NCBI GenBank assembly: GCA_005882115.1
Contig: VBEG01000021.1
Span: 25,498 to 89,497, forward strand
DNA from: Chloroflexota bacterium
Lineage (GTDB): Bacteria; Chloroflexota; Dormibacteria; Dormibacterales; Dormibacteraceae
Direction: 5' to 3'
Length of the DNA stretch: 64,000 nt
Shown: piece after piece, positions 1 to 7,944 of the stretch
How the letters are laid out: the number at the start of each line of letters is the position of its first letter
Position numbering within the stretch: position 1 is the first letter of the stretch
Program-made: the position numbers and the translations under genes
The notes under the pieces: generated by a model
What the model saw: only the letters and a program-made list of their open reading frames with translations
What the model was told of the DNA's origin: nothing
Database searches by the model: none

Positions 1-224
1 CCCACAGATCTCTTCCAGCTGTCGATGCCCGGCACACGGACCTATGAGGATGGCAAAGGGGCCAGACCCTCCCTCCGGGTCTTGGCCCCTCGCCCAGACG
101 TAGCCCCCCGGTGTAGCGATGTGATCCTGCTGCTCCCGGCAGCCATGCCGGCGCTCACGATAGCGCGCCCTACGCAACATTCGGGGTCTAAATCTGCGTT
201 CCGGTCCTGGCATCCGGGTGTAGA

Positions 225-776
225 TTGAATTACGTGGAGGCAAGGGTAGAGCCCGAGGCGGAGCGCGCTTGGAGGGAGTTTCCAGGCGAGGACGTAACCA
301 CATCTGTCTTACCCGAGGTCGCGGGGTGGATCGCGATCTACGAAGAGCTCGCGTCGGTTCTCCGTTCGGTGATCGCGCGGGCGGATGGCTCCGACGAGGC
401 TGCACAGCTGCAGGCGAGCCTGGTCTGGATCGACGGCCGCCTTGCCATCTGGCGTGATCGCCATGCTGAGCTCGCCGGCGTCGCCATCGATCGCGTGGAC
501 CACACCCTCACCTACGCGGGCAAATCGCTGCGACTGACGCGGCGCGAGGCCGACCTGCTCGACTTCCTGCTGCGCCATCCGCGGCGCCCCTTCACCAGCA
601 AGCAATTGGCCACGCTCGCCTGGCAGAACTCCCGGCTCTCGGATGCGCAGGTCCGCACGTACATCATGCGGCTGCGCAGCAGGTTGCGAGAGGTCGGGCT
701 GGAAGAGGTGATCACGGTCGTCCGCAACCGCGGCTACGGCATCGCGGCCGCGATGGGTCTGGGTGCCGAGCGATGA
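225..776 (+). CDS. OmpR/PhoB-type winged-helix DNA-binding protein without a receiver domain; N-terminal ~95 aa uncharacterised helical domain
   Basis: TTG-start ORF. C-terminal LTRREADLLDFLL...VRTYIMRLRSRL...VRNRGYGI fits the trans_reg_C wHTH pattern. No receiver D-D-K motifs. Stop overlaps the next start (ATGA 773-776). Confidence 0.7.
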   Translation: MNYVEARVEPEAERAWREFPGEDVTTSVLPEVAGWIAIYEELASVLRSVIARADGSDEAAQLQASLVWIDGRLAIWRDRHAELAGVAIDRVDHTLTYAGKSLRLTRREADLLDFLLRHPRRPFTSKQLATLAWQNSRLSDAQVRTYIMRLRSRLREVGLEEVITVVRNRGYGIAAAMGLGAER

Positions 777-1186
777 CTGAGCCCCTGCGCACACCGACCA
801 TCCCGGAGTCGCTCATCTCGTCGCGCCTTCTGATGCTGCAATCGAAGCGCCTGATCCTGGCCTCGCTCGAGCGCCGCTTCCGGAAGCAACCACTGGAGTC
901 GCTTCGGACAAGGGTCGACCTCACACGCCAGGAGACCGTCCACGCGCATGAGCGATATTGCCTGTCCCTCCTGACCTGGGGCACCGCCGACACACCCCAT
1001 TACTGGCCGGTCGCCTACGGCCGGCTTGTCGATACGGCGGACAGGCTGTCGAGCAAGCTGCGAGGCGTCGCGGGCGACCTGCCCTACCCCGACAGGTACC
1101 AGGCGGCCACAGAGGTAGAGATGCTCGAGGCGCTCGCCGAGAGATGGCGCCAATCAATTCGCAGCTCGATCACGGCGTTCGCCTAG
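773..1186 (+). CDS. hypothetical helical protein, translationally coupled to the wHTH regulator
   Basis: 137-aa ORF with high third-position GC. ATGA overlap with the upstream gene. Its stop shares a CTAG with the convergent cheR-like gene. No recognisable motif. Confidence 0.5.
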   Translation: MTEPLRTPTIPESLISSRLLMLQSKRLILASLERRFRKQPLESLRTRVDLTRQETVHAHERYCLSLLTWGTADTPHYWPVAYGRLVDTADRLSSKLRGVAGDLPYPDRYQAATEVEMLEALAERWRQSIRSSITAFA

Positions 1187-3003
1187 CCGGCCTGGAGATT
1201 CAGCTCCTCCATCACAAGCACGACCCCGCTCGGCTGTTCGCCGTCCCCCAGGGTGTGGGCCATCACCCGGCAGCGGATCTGACGCCCCTTTCGCGTGGTC
1301 GCGACAACAACGAGCTCGTCGTGGCGGGTTGCCCCGCCGGTCCCGGCCTGGATCAGCTTGCGCAGCTGTTCCGCGGGGAGCCCAATGTCCAGCTCGAAGA
1401 ACGAGTGCCCGACAACCTCGTCTGACCGCACGCCCCACAGGTCGGCGGCCCGCTCGTTCCAGACCTGGACTCGACCCGTCCTGTCGAGGACCGCCGCGCC
1501 GAGCTCGATGTTGCCGGTGATCGCGAGGAGCAGCGTGTTGAGCCGCTCCACCTCCCCCCTTCGCATCGCCAGGTCGCTGTTGATGCTGTTCAGCTCCGAG
1601 TTGGTCGACTCGAGCTCCTCATTCAGCGTTTCCAGCTCTTCATTGGTCGACTGCAGCTCCTCGTTGGTCGTCTCCAGCTCCTCGACGGTCGATTGCAGCT
1701 CTTCATTGGTCGTCTCGAGCTCCTCCTTGTTGGACTGCAGCTCCTGCCTCATCCGCACGAGGTCCGTCCGCAGCTGGATCTGAGCCGATACGTCGAAAAG
1801 GCTGATGGTCGTCCCCACAACCGAACCGTCCTCGTCGATGAGCGGCACGACATGGAGATCAAAAGTTGCCGGCGTGCCGTCGCTCCTTTTGAGCTCGATG
1901 CCCTGCACAGACGTTGGACGCCGCTCGCGGACGACCCGGTCGATCGGGGTCCGGAGATCGACCGGTTTGTACGAGACCTCGAGGTCCCTCAGGGCGCGCC
2001 CGGTGTCCGACTGGGGGACGTCAAAGAGCTCGCGCGCAGCCTGGTTGATGCTCACGAGGACCCCCAGCGAGTCGACGACGATCTGTGGGCTCGGGGTTCC
2101 CTCGGTGGCGAGCTCGCGGACGCGAAGCTGCCTCGCCACCTGGTTTGACGCTTCCATGCTGCCCGACTGCGCCAGCAGCACCAGCCGCTCCCGGAGCTGT
2201 AGGCGCGCAACCTTCGTGAAGATGCGCTCCTTGAGATCCACGGGAGTGAAAAGCGCCGCGTGGGTCAGGAGCATCTCAGCCCGCCCGAGGAAGAGGTAGC
2301 CATCGTCGTCGAGCGCGTAATGGAAGCGCGCGAGGATTCGGCCCTGCGTCTCGGCTGTGAAGTAGATGAGCGTGTTGCGGCAGATGAGCAGGTCGAGCCG
2401 TGAAATCGGCGCGTCCTGCGTGACGTCGTGCCGTCCGAAGATGATCGGCCGCCGGAGGGCGGCGCGAAAGACAAATCGCTCAGCCTGGCGTTCGAAGAAC
2501 CGATCCTTGATCTCCGCGTCAAGCGACCCCACCTCCTTGGCGGAGTAGCCCGCACGCGCCTTGCTGAGGGCTTGCTCGTCGACGTCGGTGGCGTAGATCT
2601 TGACCCGATCGAGGTACGCCTCCTCGCCCAGGGCCTGGCAGAGAAGGATCGCGGCCGAGTAAGCCTCTTCGCCCGAAGACGAGCCGGCGCTCCAAATGCG
2701 AACGTCGCCGGACTTGGCGACGATCCTGGGGACGACGTTCTTGGCCAGGTAGTCCCATGCCTGGGTGTCACGAAAGAACTCGGTGACGTTGATCAGGATC
2801 TTGTCGAACAGGATCGCGAACTCTTCCGGATGCACCTGCAGGTAGTCGTGGTAGACGCGGAAGTCGCGGATGCCGATCTCGGAGGCCCTCTGCGTCACCC
2901 TCCGCATCAGGCTCGCCCGTTTGTAACCCGTGAAGTCGAAGCCCCGCGCGTCGCGAAGGAACTCGATCAGGCGCTCGAAATCGCTGCCGTCCTGCATCGT
3001 CAT
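1183..3003 (-). CDS. cheR: CheR-type protein-glutamate methyltransferase fused to PAS / heptad coiled coil / PAS
   Basis: N-terminal CheR pattern (FDFTGYKRASLMRR, TEFFRD, IWSAGSSSGEEAYS, RNTLIYF). PAS-like segments flank an EEL[QE][ST]T heptad run. No kinase or other output domain. Confidence 0.85.
   Translation of the reverse strand: MTMQDGSDFERLIEFLRDARGFDFTGYKRASLMRRVTQRASEIGIRDFRVYHDYLQVHPEEFAILFDKILINVTEFFRDTQAWDYLAKNVVPRIVAKSGDVRIWSAGSSSGEEAYSAAILLCQALGEEAYLDRVKIYATDVDEQALSKARAGYSAKEVGSLDAEIKDRFFERQAERFVFRAALRRPIIFGRHDVTQDAPISRLDLLICRNTLIYFTAETQGRILARFHYALDDDGYLFLGRAEMLLTHAALFTPVDLKERIFTKVARLQLRERLVLLAQSGSMEASNQVARQLRVRELATEGTPSPQIVVDSLGVLVSINQAARELFDVPQSDTGRALRDLEVSYKPVDLRTPIDRVVRERRPTSVQGIELKRSDGTPATFDLHVVPLIDEDGSVVGTTISLFDVSAQIQLRTDLVRMRQELQSNKEELETTNEELQSTVEELETTNEELQSTNEELETLNEELESTNSELNSINSDLAMRRGEVERLNTLLLAITGNIELGAAVLDRTGRVQVWNERAADLWGVRSDEVVGHSFFELDIGLPAEQLRKLIQAGTGGATRHDELVVVATTRKGRQIRCRVMAHTLGDGEQPSGVVLVMEELNLQAG
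1570..1746 (-). repeat. in-CDS tandem 21-nt (heptad) repeat, 8-9 units
   Basis: Translates as QELQSNK EELETTN EELQSTV EELETTN EELQSTN EELETLN EELESTN SELNSIN SDL. The 21-nt DNA periodicity is directly visible. Confidence 0.9.
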
Positions 3004-3602
3004 TCGCGGGCCTGCGCGGCCACCAGCGCTATGAGCGTTGGCGCCATCTCTTCGAGAGGCAGCACGAAATCGACGGCACCCGTTTTGATGGCGGCGGATG
3101 GCATTCCAAAGAATTCTGAGGAAGCCTCATCCTGCGCGACAACCGTGCCGCCTCGCTGCTTGATGGCGGTCACACCCAGCGCGCCGTCATGTCCGCTGCC
3201 CGTCAGCACGACGGCGATCGCGCGGTCACCGTAGGCAGCCGCGACCGATTCGAACAGGAGATCGGCCGAGGGCCTGACGAAGTTGACGAGCTCGCTGTCC
3301 GTCAGGGTCAAGGTGCCCCTGCGCTTGATGAGCATATGGCGGTCCGGCGGAGCGAGAAAGACGTGATCGGGCTCGAGCAGCATGCCTTCCTCGCCGTGCA
3401 CCACCGGCATGCGAGACTGGCGGCCGATTACCTGCGGCATCAGGCTGCGGTGGCGCGGATCGACGTGCTGAACGATGACGACCGCCGCGCCCAGCTTCGC
3501 GGGCAGCCTGGCAAGCAGAAGGCTCAGGGCGTTGACGCCGCCGGCCGAGGCGGCGATGGCGATGATCTCGAACGCGCTTGGTTGCGGATCCGGATGATTC
3601 AG
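3000..3602 (-). CDS. cheB: CheB-type protein-glutamate methylesterase catalytic domain only; start codon non-canonical or uncertain
   Basis: The frame encodes FEIIAIAASAGGVNAL (Ser motif), VIVQHVDP (His) and TGSGHDGALG (Asp). The Ser and His motifs lie upstream of the first ATG/GTG/TTG (3440). The only plausible in-frame start is CTG at 3602, overlapping the upstream TGA. Stop overlaps the cheR start (ATGA 3000-3003). Confidence 0.65.
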   Translation of the reverse strand: MNHPDPQPSAFEIIAIAASAGGVNALSLLLARLPAKLGAAVVIVQHVDPRHRSLMPQVIGRQSRMPVVHGEEGMLLEPDHVFLAPPDRHMLIKRRGTLTLTDSELVNFVRPSADLLFESVAAAYGDRAIAVVLTGSGHDGALGVTAIKQRGGTVVAQDEASSEFFGMPSAAIKTGAVDFVLPLEEMAPTLIALVAAQARE

Positions 3603-3766
3603 TCGGGGCCGCGGCTTCGGCCGCCCTGCATCTCGGCCGCACGGATCTTCCAGCAGTCGCGGCGCTGCGCGAACCGCGAGAGCTGCATTTCGAGAAGGAC
3701 CACGTCGGTCGTCCCAGGATCGCCGAGTCGCTGAAGGAAAGCCGAGGGTATCTCACGTCGTTGCAT
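3599..3766 (-). CDS. small ORF resembling the beta3-alpha3 core of a receiver domain (possible CheB-REC remnant)
   Basis: 55-aa ORF with coding-like third-position GC. DVVLLEMQLSRFAQRRDCWKIRA aligns in register with the REC pattern D-V-V-L-L-D-x-x-L-P-x-x-D-G-x-x-V-C-x-x-I-R, with Glu at the acceptor position. Its TGA overlaps the CTG proposed as the cheB start. Confidence 0.3.
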   Translation of the reverse strand: MQRREIPSAFLQRLGDPGTTDVVLLEMQLSRFAQRRDCWKIRAAEMQGGRSRGPD

Positions 3767-3882
3767 CGAGTGCTGCTCCCATATCCGATCACCGGGCCGT
3801 GCAGATTTGTACCTGTCATCATGCTCTCGATCGGTGCAGGGCGCGCGCTGGGCGCACCTCGGAGCTCGAGGGGGAGCAAGCG

Positions 3883-4971
3883 ATGGATCGTCAGCCACGG
3901 GCGGAGGTCGTGGGCAGCCTGCTGAGGCCCGAGTTCTTGACGTCGGCGCGCAAGCAGCTCGAGTCAGGCGAGATCGACCCGGCCCATTTCAAGGACGTTG
4001 AGGATCGCGCCGTCGACGAGGCCGTGGCGGCCCAGGTAGCGGCCGGGATCGACGTCGTTACGGACGGAGAGCAGCGGCGCTACGCGTTCTTCGGCCACCT
4101 GGTCGACGCGATGGCGGGGTTCGACAAGTTCGGCGGCTGGGCGATCCCCTTCCGCGACGAGAAGGGCGAAGAGCTCGTCTTCAAGCGTCCGGTAGTCGTC
4201 GAGAAGCTGCGTCCGATGCGCAACATGGCCGCCGAGGAGTTCACCTACCTCAGGGCGAAGACGAAAGCGCCGGTCAAGGTGACCATGATCAGCGCCCAAC
4301 AGGCCGCCGCTTACTACGACCCCGAGAAGTCGAAAGGTGCTTACCCGACACGTGACGCCTACCTCGCCGACATCGTCGAGCTGAGTCGCCGCGAGGTCGA
4401 TGAGCTGGTTCGCCTCGGATGCACCTATGTCCAGATCGACGCGCCTCAGTACGCCGCATTGCTCGACCCCGAGCTGCGCGAGGGCTATCGCAAGCGAGGC
4501 AGCGATCCGGAAAAGCTCATTGACACGTGCATCGAGATGGACAACGCGATCATCAGCGGTCATCCCGGGGTCACTTTTGCGATGCACATCTGCCGTGGTA
4601 ACAACCAGAGCAAGTTCTATGCCGCCGGGGACTACGAGCCGATCGCGCGCATATTTGAAAGGACGAGGTTCAATCGCTTTCTGCTCGAGTACGACGACGA
4701 GCGCTCTGGTGGATTCGAGCCCCTGAAGCACGTGCCCGAAGATCGATTCGTCGTGCTTGGGCTGGTCACAAGCAAGAAGCCTGCGCTCGAAAGCGAGGAC
4801 GAGCTCAAGCGAAGGATCGAGGAAGCTTCTCGCTACATCCCGCTCGAACGGCTTGGTCTAAGCCCGCAATGCGGATTTGCGTCGACCATGGAAGGGAACC
4901 GGCTCAGCGCGCTCGAGCAGCAAAAAAAGCTGCTGCTTGTCGGCGGCGTCGCGCGCTCCGTCTGGGGGTGA
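3883..4971 (+). CDS. MetE C-terminal-like (cobalamin-independent methionine synthase II / UROD-MetE superfamily) protein
   Basis: ATG preceded by GGGGGAG. VGSLLRP...ITDGEQRR...TYVQIDAP...HICRGN...SPQCGFAS are characteristic of the short MetE-like family. Confidence 0.7.
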   Translation: MDRQPRAEVVGSLLRPEFLTSARKQLESGEIDPAHFKDVEDRAVDEAVAAQVAAGIDVVTDGEQRRYAFFGHLVDAMAGFDKFGGWAIPFRDEKGEELVFKRPVVVEKLRPMRNMAAEEFTYLRAKTKAPVKVTMISAQQAAAYYDPEKSKGAYPTRDAYLADIVELSRREVDELVRLGCTYVQIDAPQYAALLDPELREGYRKRGSDPEKLIDTCIEMDNAIISGHPGVTFAMHICRGNNQSKFYAAGDYEPIARIFERTRFNRFLLEYDDERSGGFEPLKHVPEDRFVVLGLVTSKKPALESEDELKRRIEEASRYIPLERLGLSPQCGFASTMEGNRLSALEQQKKLLLVGGVARSVWG

Positions 4972-5034
4972 CCAGCGCGAGAGCGGCGTCAGCAAGCACT
5001 ATCCTGTCCGGATCCCTGGGGTAAGGAGGCGTCT

Positions 5035-6102
5035 ATGAACCTGCCATCCGGCGTGACCTCGCACACCGCCCAAACGAAACGCTTGCGCATGCGGTACATC
5101 GAGTCCGGAGCCGCCGACGGCGTGCCCGTGGTCATGATCCACGGCAACCTGTCGACCGGCCGGTTCTTCGAGCACCTCATGCCCGGGGCGCCTGACGGCT
5201 ACCGCATCATCGCGCCCGACATGCGAGCGTTCGGCGACACGGAGCGCAAGCCGATGGACGCCACGCGCGGGCTGCGCGACTGGGCGGACGATACCGCCGG
5301 ATTGCTCGAGACGCTCGGCATCACGCGCCCGCCACACCTGGTCGGATGGTCGACCGGCGGAGCCGCGATCGCCAACTACGCCGAAGACCGGCCTGTGGCG
5401 TCGCTCACATTCATCGACCCGGTCTCGCCATATGGGTTTGGCGGAACCAAGCTTGACGGCACGCCGTGCTTTTCCGACTTCGCGGGTACAGGAGGCGGCA
5501 CAGGCAACCCCGAGTTCATCAAACGGATCGCCGACCACGACACCTCAGACGAGTCACCCTTCTCGCCCCGCAACGTAATCAACAGCTCCTACTGGGCGGC
5601 AGAGCACCGAGAGCCGAAGGAGCGCGCGGACATGCTGCTGGAGGAGGTGTTGAAGTCGGAGACGGGCGAGGACGGCAACCCGGGCGACTCGACCGCGTCG
5701 CCGAACTGGCCAGGAATGGCGCCCGGGACGCGCGGCGTCCTCAATGCGCTCTCGCCCAGGTACTGCAACTGGAGCGGGATTGTCGACATCGAGCCCAAGC
5801 CGCCGATCCTGTGGACGCACGGCACCGCGGACATCGTCGTCGCCGACGGCTCGGCGTGGGAGATGGGCACGCTGGGCAAGCTGGGTTACGTGCCGGGCTG
5901 GCCGGGCGAGGAGGTGTTTCCGCCGCAGCCGATGGTCACCCAGATTCGCAACGTCCTCGAGCAGTACCGGAAGAAGGGCGGACGGGTCGGGATGGAGATG
6001 TTCGAAGGTTCGGGCCACGGCCCGGTCTTCGACGCGGCCGAGCGGTGGAGCAACGTCTTCTTCAAGTTCCTGGCTTCGGTGGAGGTGCCGGCGGCGGTCT
6101 AG
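5035..6102 (+). CDS. alpha/beta hydrolase fold protein
   Basis: AAGGAGG 6 nt upstream of the ATG. VVMIHGN oxyanion region and GWSTGG nucleophile elbow. Confidence 0.75.
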   Translation: MNLPSGVTSHTAQTKRLRMRYIESGAADGVPVVMIHGNLSTGRFFEHLMPGAPDGYRIIAPDMRAFGDTERKPMDATRGLRDWADDTAGLLETLGITRPPHLVGWSTGGAAIANYAEDRPVASLTFIDPVSPYGFGGTKLDGTPCFSDFAGTGGGTGNPEFIKRIADHDTSDESPFSPRNVINSSYWAAEHREPKERADMLLEEVLKSETGEDGNPGDSTASPNWPGMAPGTRGVLNALSPRYCNWSGIVDIEPKPPILWTHGTADIVVADGSAWEMGTLGKLGYVPGWPGEEVFPPQPMVTQIRNVLEQYRKKGGRVGMEMFEGSGHGPVFDAAERWSNVFFKFLASVEVPAAV

Positions 6103-6133
6103 AGCGAAAGCAGCAACCCCTTTCTTGACCCTC

Positions 6134-6159
6134 TCCCCTTGCGTGGCGGGGAACCTTTT
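6134..6159 (+). terminator. TCCCC/GGGGA hairpin followed by TTTT, just 3' of the hydrolase gene
   Basis: tcccc(6134-6138) ttgcgtggc gggga(6148-6152), then acc-tttt. Member of the hairpin family listed in the findings. Confidence 0.4.
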
Positions 6160-6160
6160 G

Positions 6161-6174
6161 CGAACATGTGTTCG
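6161..6174. promoter_or_regulatory. LexA SOS box (CGAAC-N4-GTTCG)
   Basis: Perfect palindrome CGAACATGTGTTCG immediately at or over the start of the Y-family polymerase gene. Matches the Gram-positive/actinobacterial SOS-box consensus. Confidence 0.75.
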
Positions 6175-7466
6175 TGGATGATCCTTCGCCTGAGGCCGTC
6201 GAGCTCGGGCTGAACACCGCCGACCCGGCGACCCTGGTCATCGATCTGAACTGTGCCTTCGCGTCGATCGAGCAGCAGCACGAACCCGCGCTGCGCGGCC
6301 GAGTGCTTGCCATCGCCGCCTACGCGACTGACGCGGCCACCATAGTCTCGTCGTCGCGTGAGGCACGCGATCTCGGTATCAAGACCGGCATGCGCGTCTT
6401 CGAGGCGAAGGCGATCTTCCCTGGCGTACTCGTGCGCGAGCCCAACCCGCCGCTTTACCGAGAGGTGTCCGACAAGCTGATCGAGATCATGGAGAGGCAC
6501 AGCCCCGACGTGCTGCGGATGTCGATCGACGAGGCGTCGACGAACCTCGCGGGAACGCCCGGGCTCAAAAAGCTCGGACCGGAGGGCGTGGGCCTCGCAA
6601 TCAAGAGAGCCATCCGGGAGGAGATCGGCGAGTGCGTGACGGCATCCGTCGGCGTCTCCACCTCCATCTGGATGGCCAAGCAAGCCTCCAACCTGGACAA
6701 ACGCGACGGCCTGCAGCGGATCGACCACAGGAACCTCGTGGCGGTTTTCGAGCGCTTGCAGCTCACCGACCTTTCGGGCATCGCCGACGCGACGGCCCGC
6801 CGGCTCTCGCGCGGCGGCATCCGCACGCCGGTCCAGTTCCTGCGCGCGACCGCTCCTCGCCTTCGACTCGCGGGCATGCACGCTGAAGTCGCCCGAGGCT
6901 GGAGCATGCGGCTGCGTGGATTCGAGGTCGGCGGTTTCGAAAGCGTCAAGCGGAAGAGCTACAGCCACTCCCACGTGATGGCCCACGCAACCGCTTCGCA
7001 GCGCGAACTCGAAGAGCTGCTGATGCGGCTTTCGGACATGGTGGGCCGGCGGCTGCGCGCGGCGAACCGGCGCGGCAGCATCGTTTCGGTCGGCGTCGTG
7101 TATCGGCCCGACCCCGGACATTTCTCGAAGCAGGCAAAACAGCCCGAGCCGGTTGCGACCGGCGACGAGATCTACCAGGCGGCGCTGAAACTTCTTGCAG
7201 CTCGGGATCCGCGGCTGACGGTGGGAACGCTCGGCGTCGGAGTCTCGTCGCTCAGCGATGGCGAGGGCGGACAGCTCGACCTGTTCGTGGAACGCATGCG
7301 CCCGCGTGGCGAGAGGCTGGAGGCTGCGGTCGACGCGATCCGCGACAGGTTCGGCGAGGACGCCGTCCAGCGCTCGCGTCTGTTGGGCCGAGCCCGGGTG
7401 GTGCGGGACCGCATCGCGTTCGGGAATACAGGCCACCCTGATGAATCCAGGCGAAATTCACCGTGA
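6168..7466 (+). CDS. dinB: Y-family DNA polymerase (DinB / Pol IV-like)
   Basis: LVIDLNCAFASIEQQ (catalytic D..E) and SIDEAS motifs. SOS box at the 5' end. The start may be ATG 6168 or in-frame GTG 6174. Confidence 0.8.
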   Translation: MFVDDPSPEAVELGLNTADPATLVIDLNCAFASIEQQHEPALRGRVLAIAAYATDAATIVSSSREARDLGIKTGMRVFEAKAIFPGVLVREPNPPLYREVSDKLIEIMERHSPDVLRMSIDEASTNLAGTPGLKKLGPEGVGLAIKRAIREEIGECVTASVGVSTSIWMAKQASNLDKRDGLQRIDHRNLVAVFERLQLTDLSGIADATARRLSRGGIRTPVQFLRATAPRLRLAGMHAEVARGWSMRLRGFEVGGFESVKRKSYSHSHVMAHATASQRELEELLMRLSDMVGRRLRAANRRGSIVSVGVVYRPDPGHFSKQAKQPEPVATGDEIYQAALKLLAARDPRLTVGTLGVGVSSLSDGEGGQLDLFVERMRPRGERLEAAVDAIRDRFGEDAVQRSRLLGRARVVRDRIAFGNTGHPDESRRNSP

Positions 7467-7497
7467 CATTCCTACTAATAAGGGCCATGATGCGACC

Positions 7498-7815
7498 ATG
7501 GCCTCCAGAAAAGAGGAGGCTGCTGGGGCCGCCTGGGAAGGTGCCGATCTCGAGCGACCGATCAGCGGCGAGAACCCGCAGTCTGAGTCGCTGGTGGAAG
7601 CCCGCCGGTGGGTTGCCGTCTACGGGCACCTGGTCAAGCTCGAGCAGGAGCTTTTCGACCTGCTCGCCAAGATGATCCCGACCATGCCCCGGGAGGCGCA
7701 GCGCGAGGCCGAGGAGACAAACCTGCCGGTGCTGGCGTCGCAGGTGGAGCGGTTCCGCCACCGCCTCGACTACTGGGTCAAGCGCCAGCAGGAGCTGGAG
7801 CAGAAAACGCCCTAA
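7498..7815 (+). CDS. small helical protein, paralogous to the N-terminal domain of the 225-776 wHTH protein
   Basis: 105-aa ORF. Shares W.E...(8-20)...W[IV]A[IV]Y..L...and...R..RL..W..R..EL with 225-776. An alternative in-frame ATG at 7441 would overlap dinB. Confidence 0.55.
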   Translation: MASRKEEAAGAAWEGADLERPISGENPQSESLVEARRWVAVYGHLVKLEQELFDLLAKMIPTMPREAQREAEETNLPVLASQVERFRHRLDYWVKRQQELEQKTP

Positions 7816-7873
7816 CCCGCCGGCTACGTGGAACTACTGTCTTACTGGCCTCTTCGAGGTGCTCGACGACCTT

Positions 7874-7892
7874 GCCCCAGGACGTCTGGGGC
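7874..7892. terminator. GC hairpin between convergent genes
   Basis: gccccag gacgt ctggggc (7-bp stem) lies between the stops at 7815 (+) and 7945 (-). No U-run. Confidence 0.3.
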
Positions 7893-7944
7893 CTCGAATC
7901 GTCCGGTCCGTAGGGGCGCGCCGCGAGTGGTCGCGCGCCAGGCA

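Noticed and set aside
25-228. 67-aa ORF at the window start
   Set aside because: It has no motif, is Pro/Arg/Ala-rich, and lies immediately upstream of the wHTH gene where a promoter is expected. I treat it as non-coding.
1570-1746. Tandem 21-nt repeat, considered as a CRISPR or minisatellite
   Set aside because: It has no spacers, lies in frame inside the CheR-PAS CDS, and encodes a coiled-coil heptad. No CRISPR-like array was seen anywhere in the window.
3603-3882. SAM or B12 riboswitch upstream of the MetE-like gene
   Set aside because: No B12 box (GCCACTG-like) and no S-box / SAM-IV core strings were visible. The region is largely occupied by the minus-strand small ORF, and the gene is the short MetE-like family of unknown substrate.
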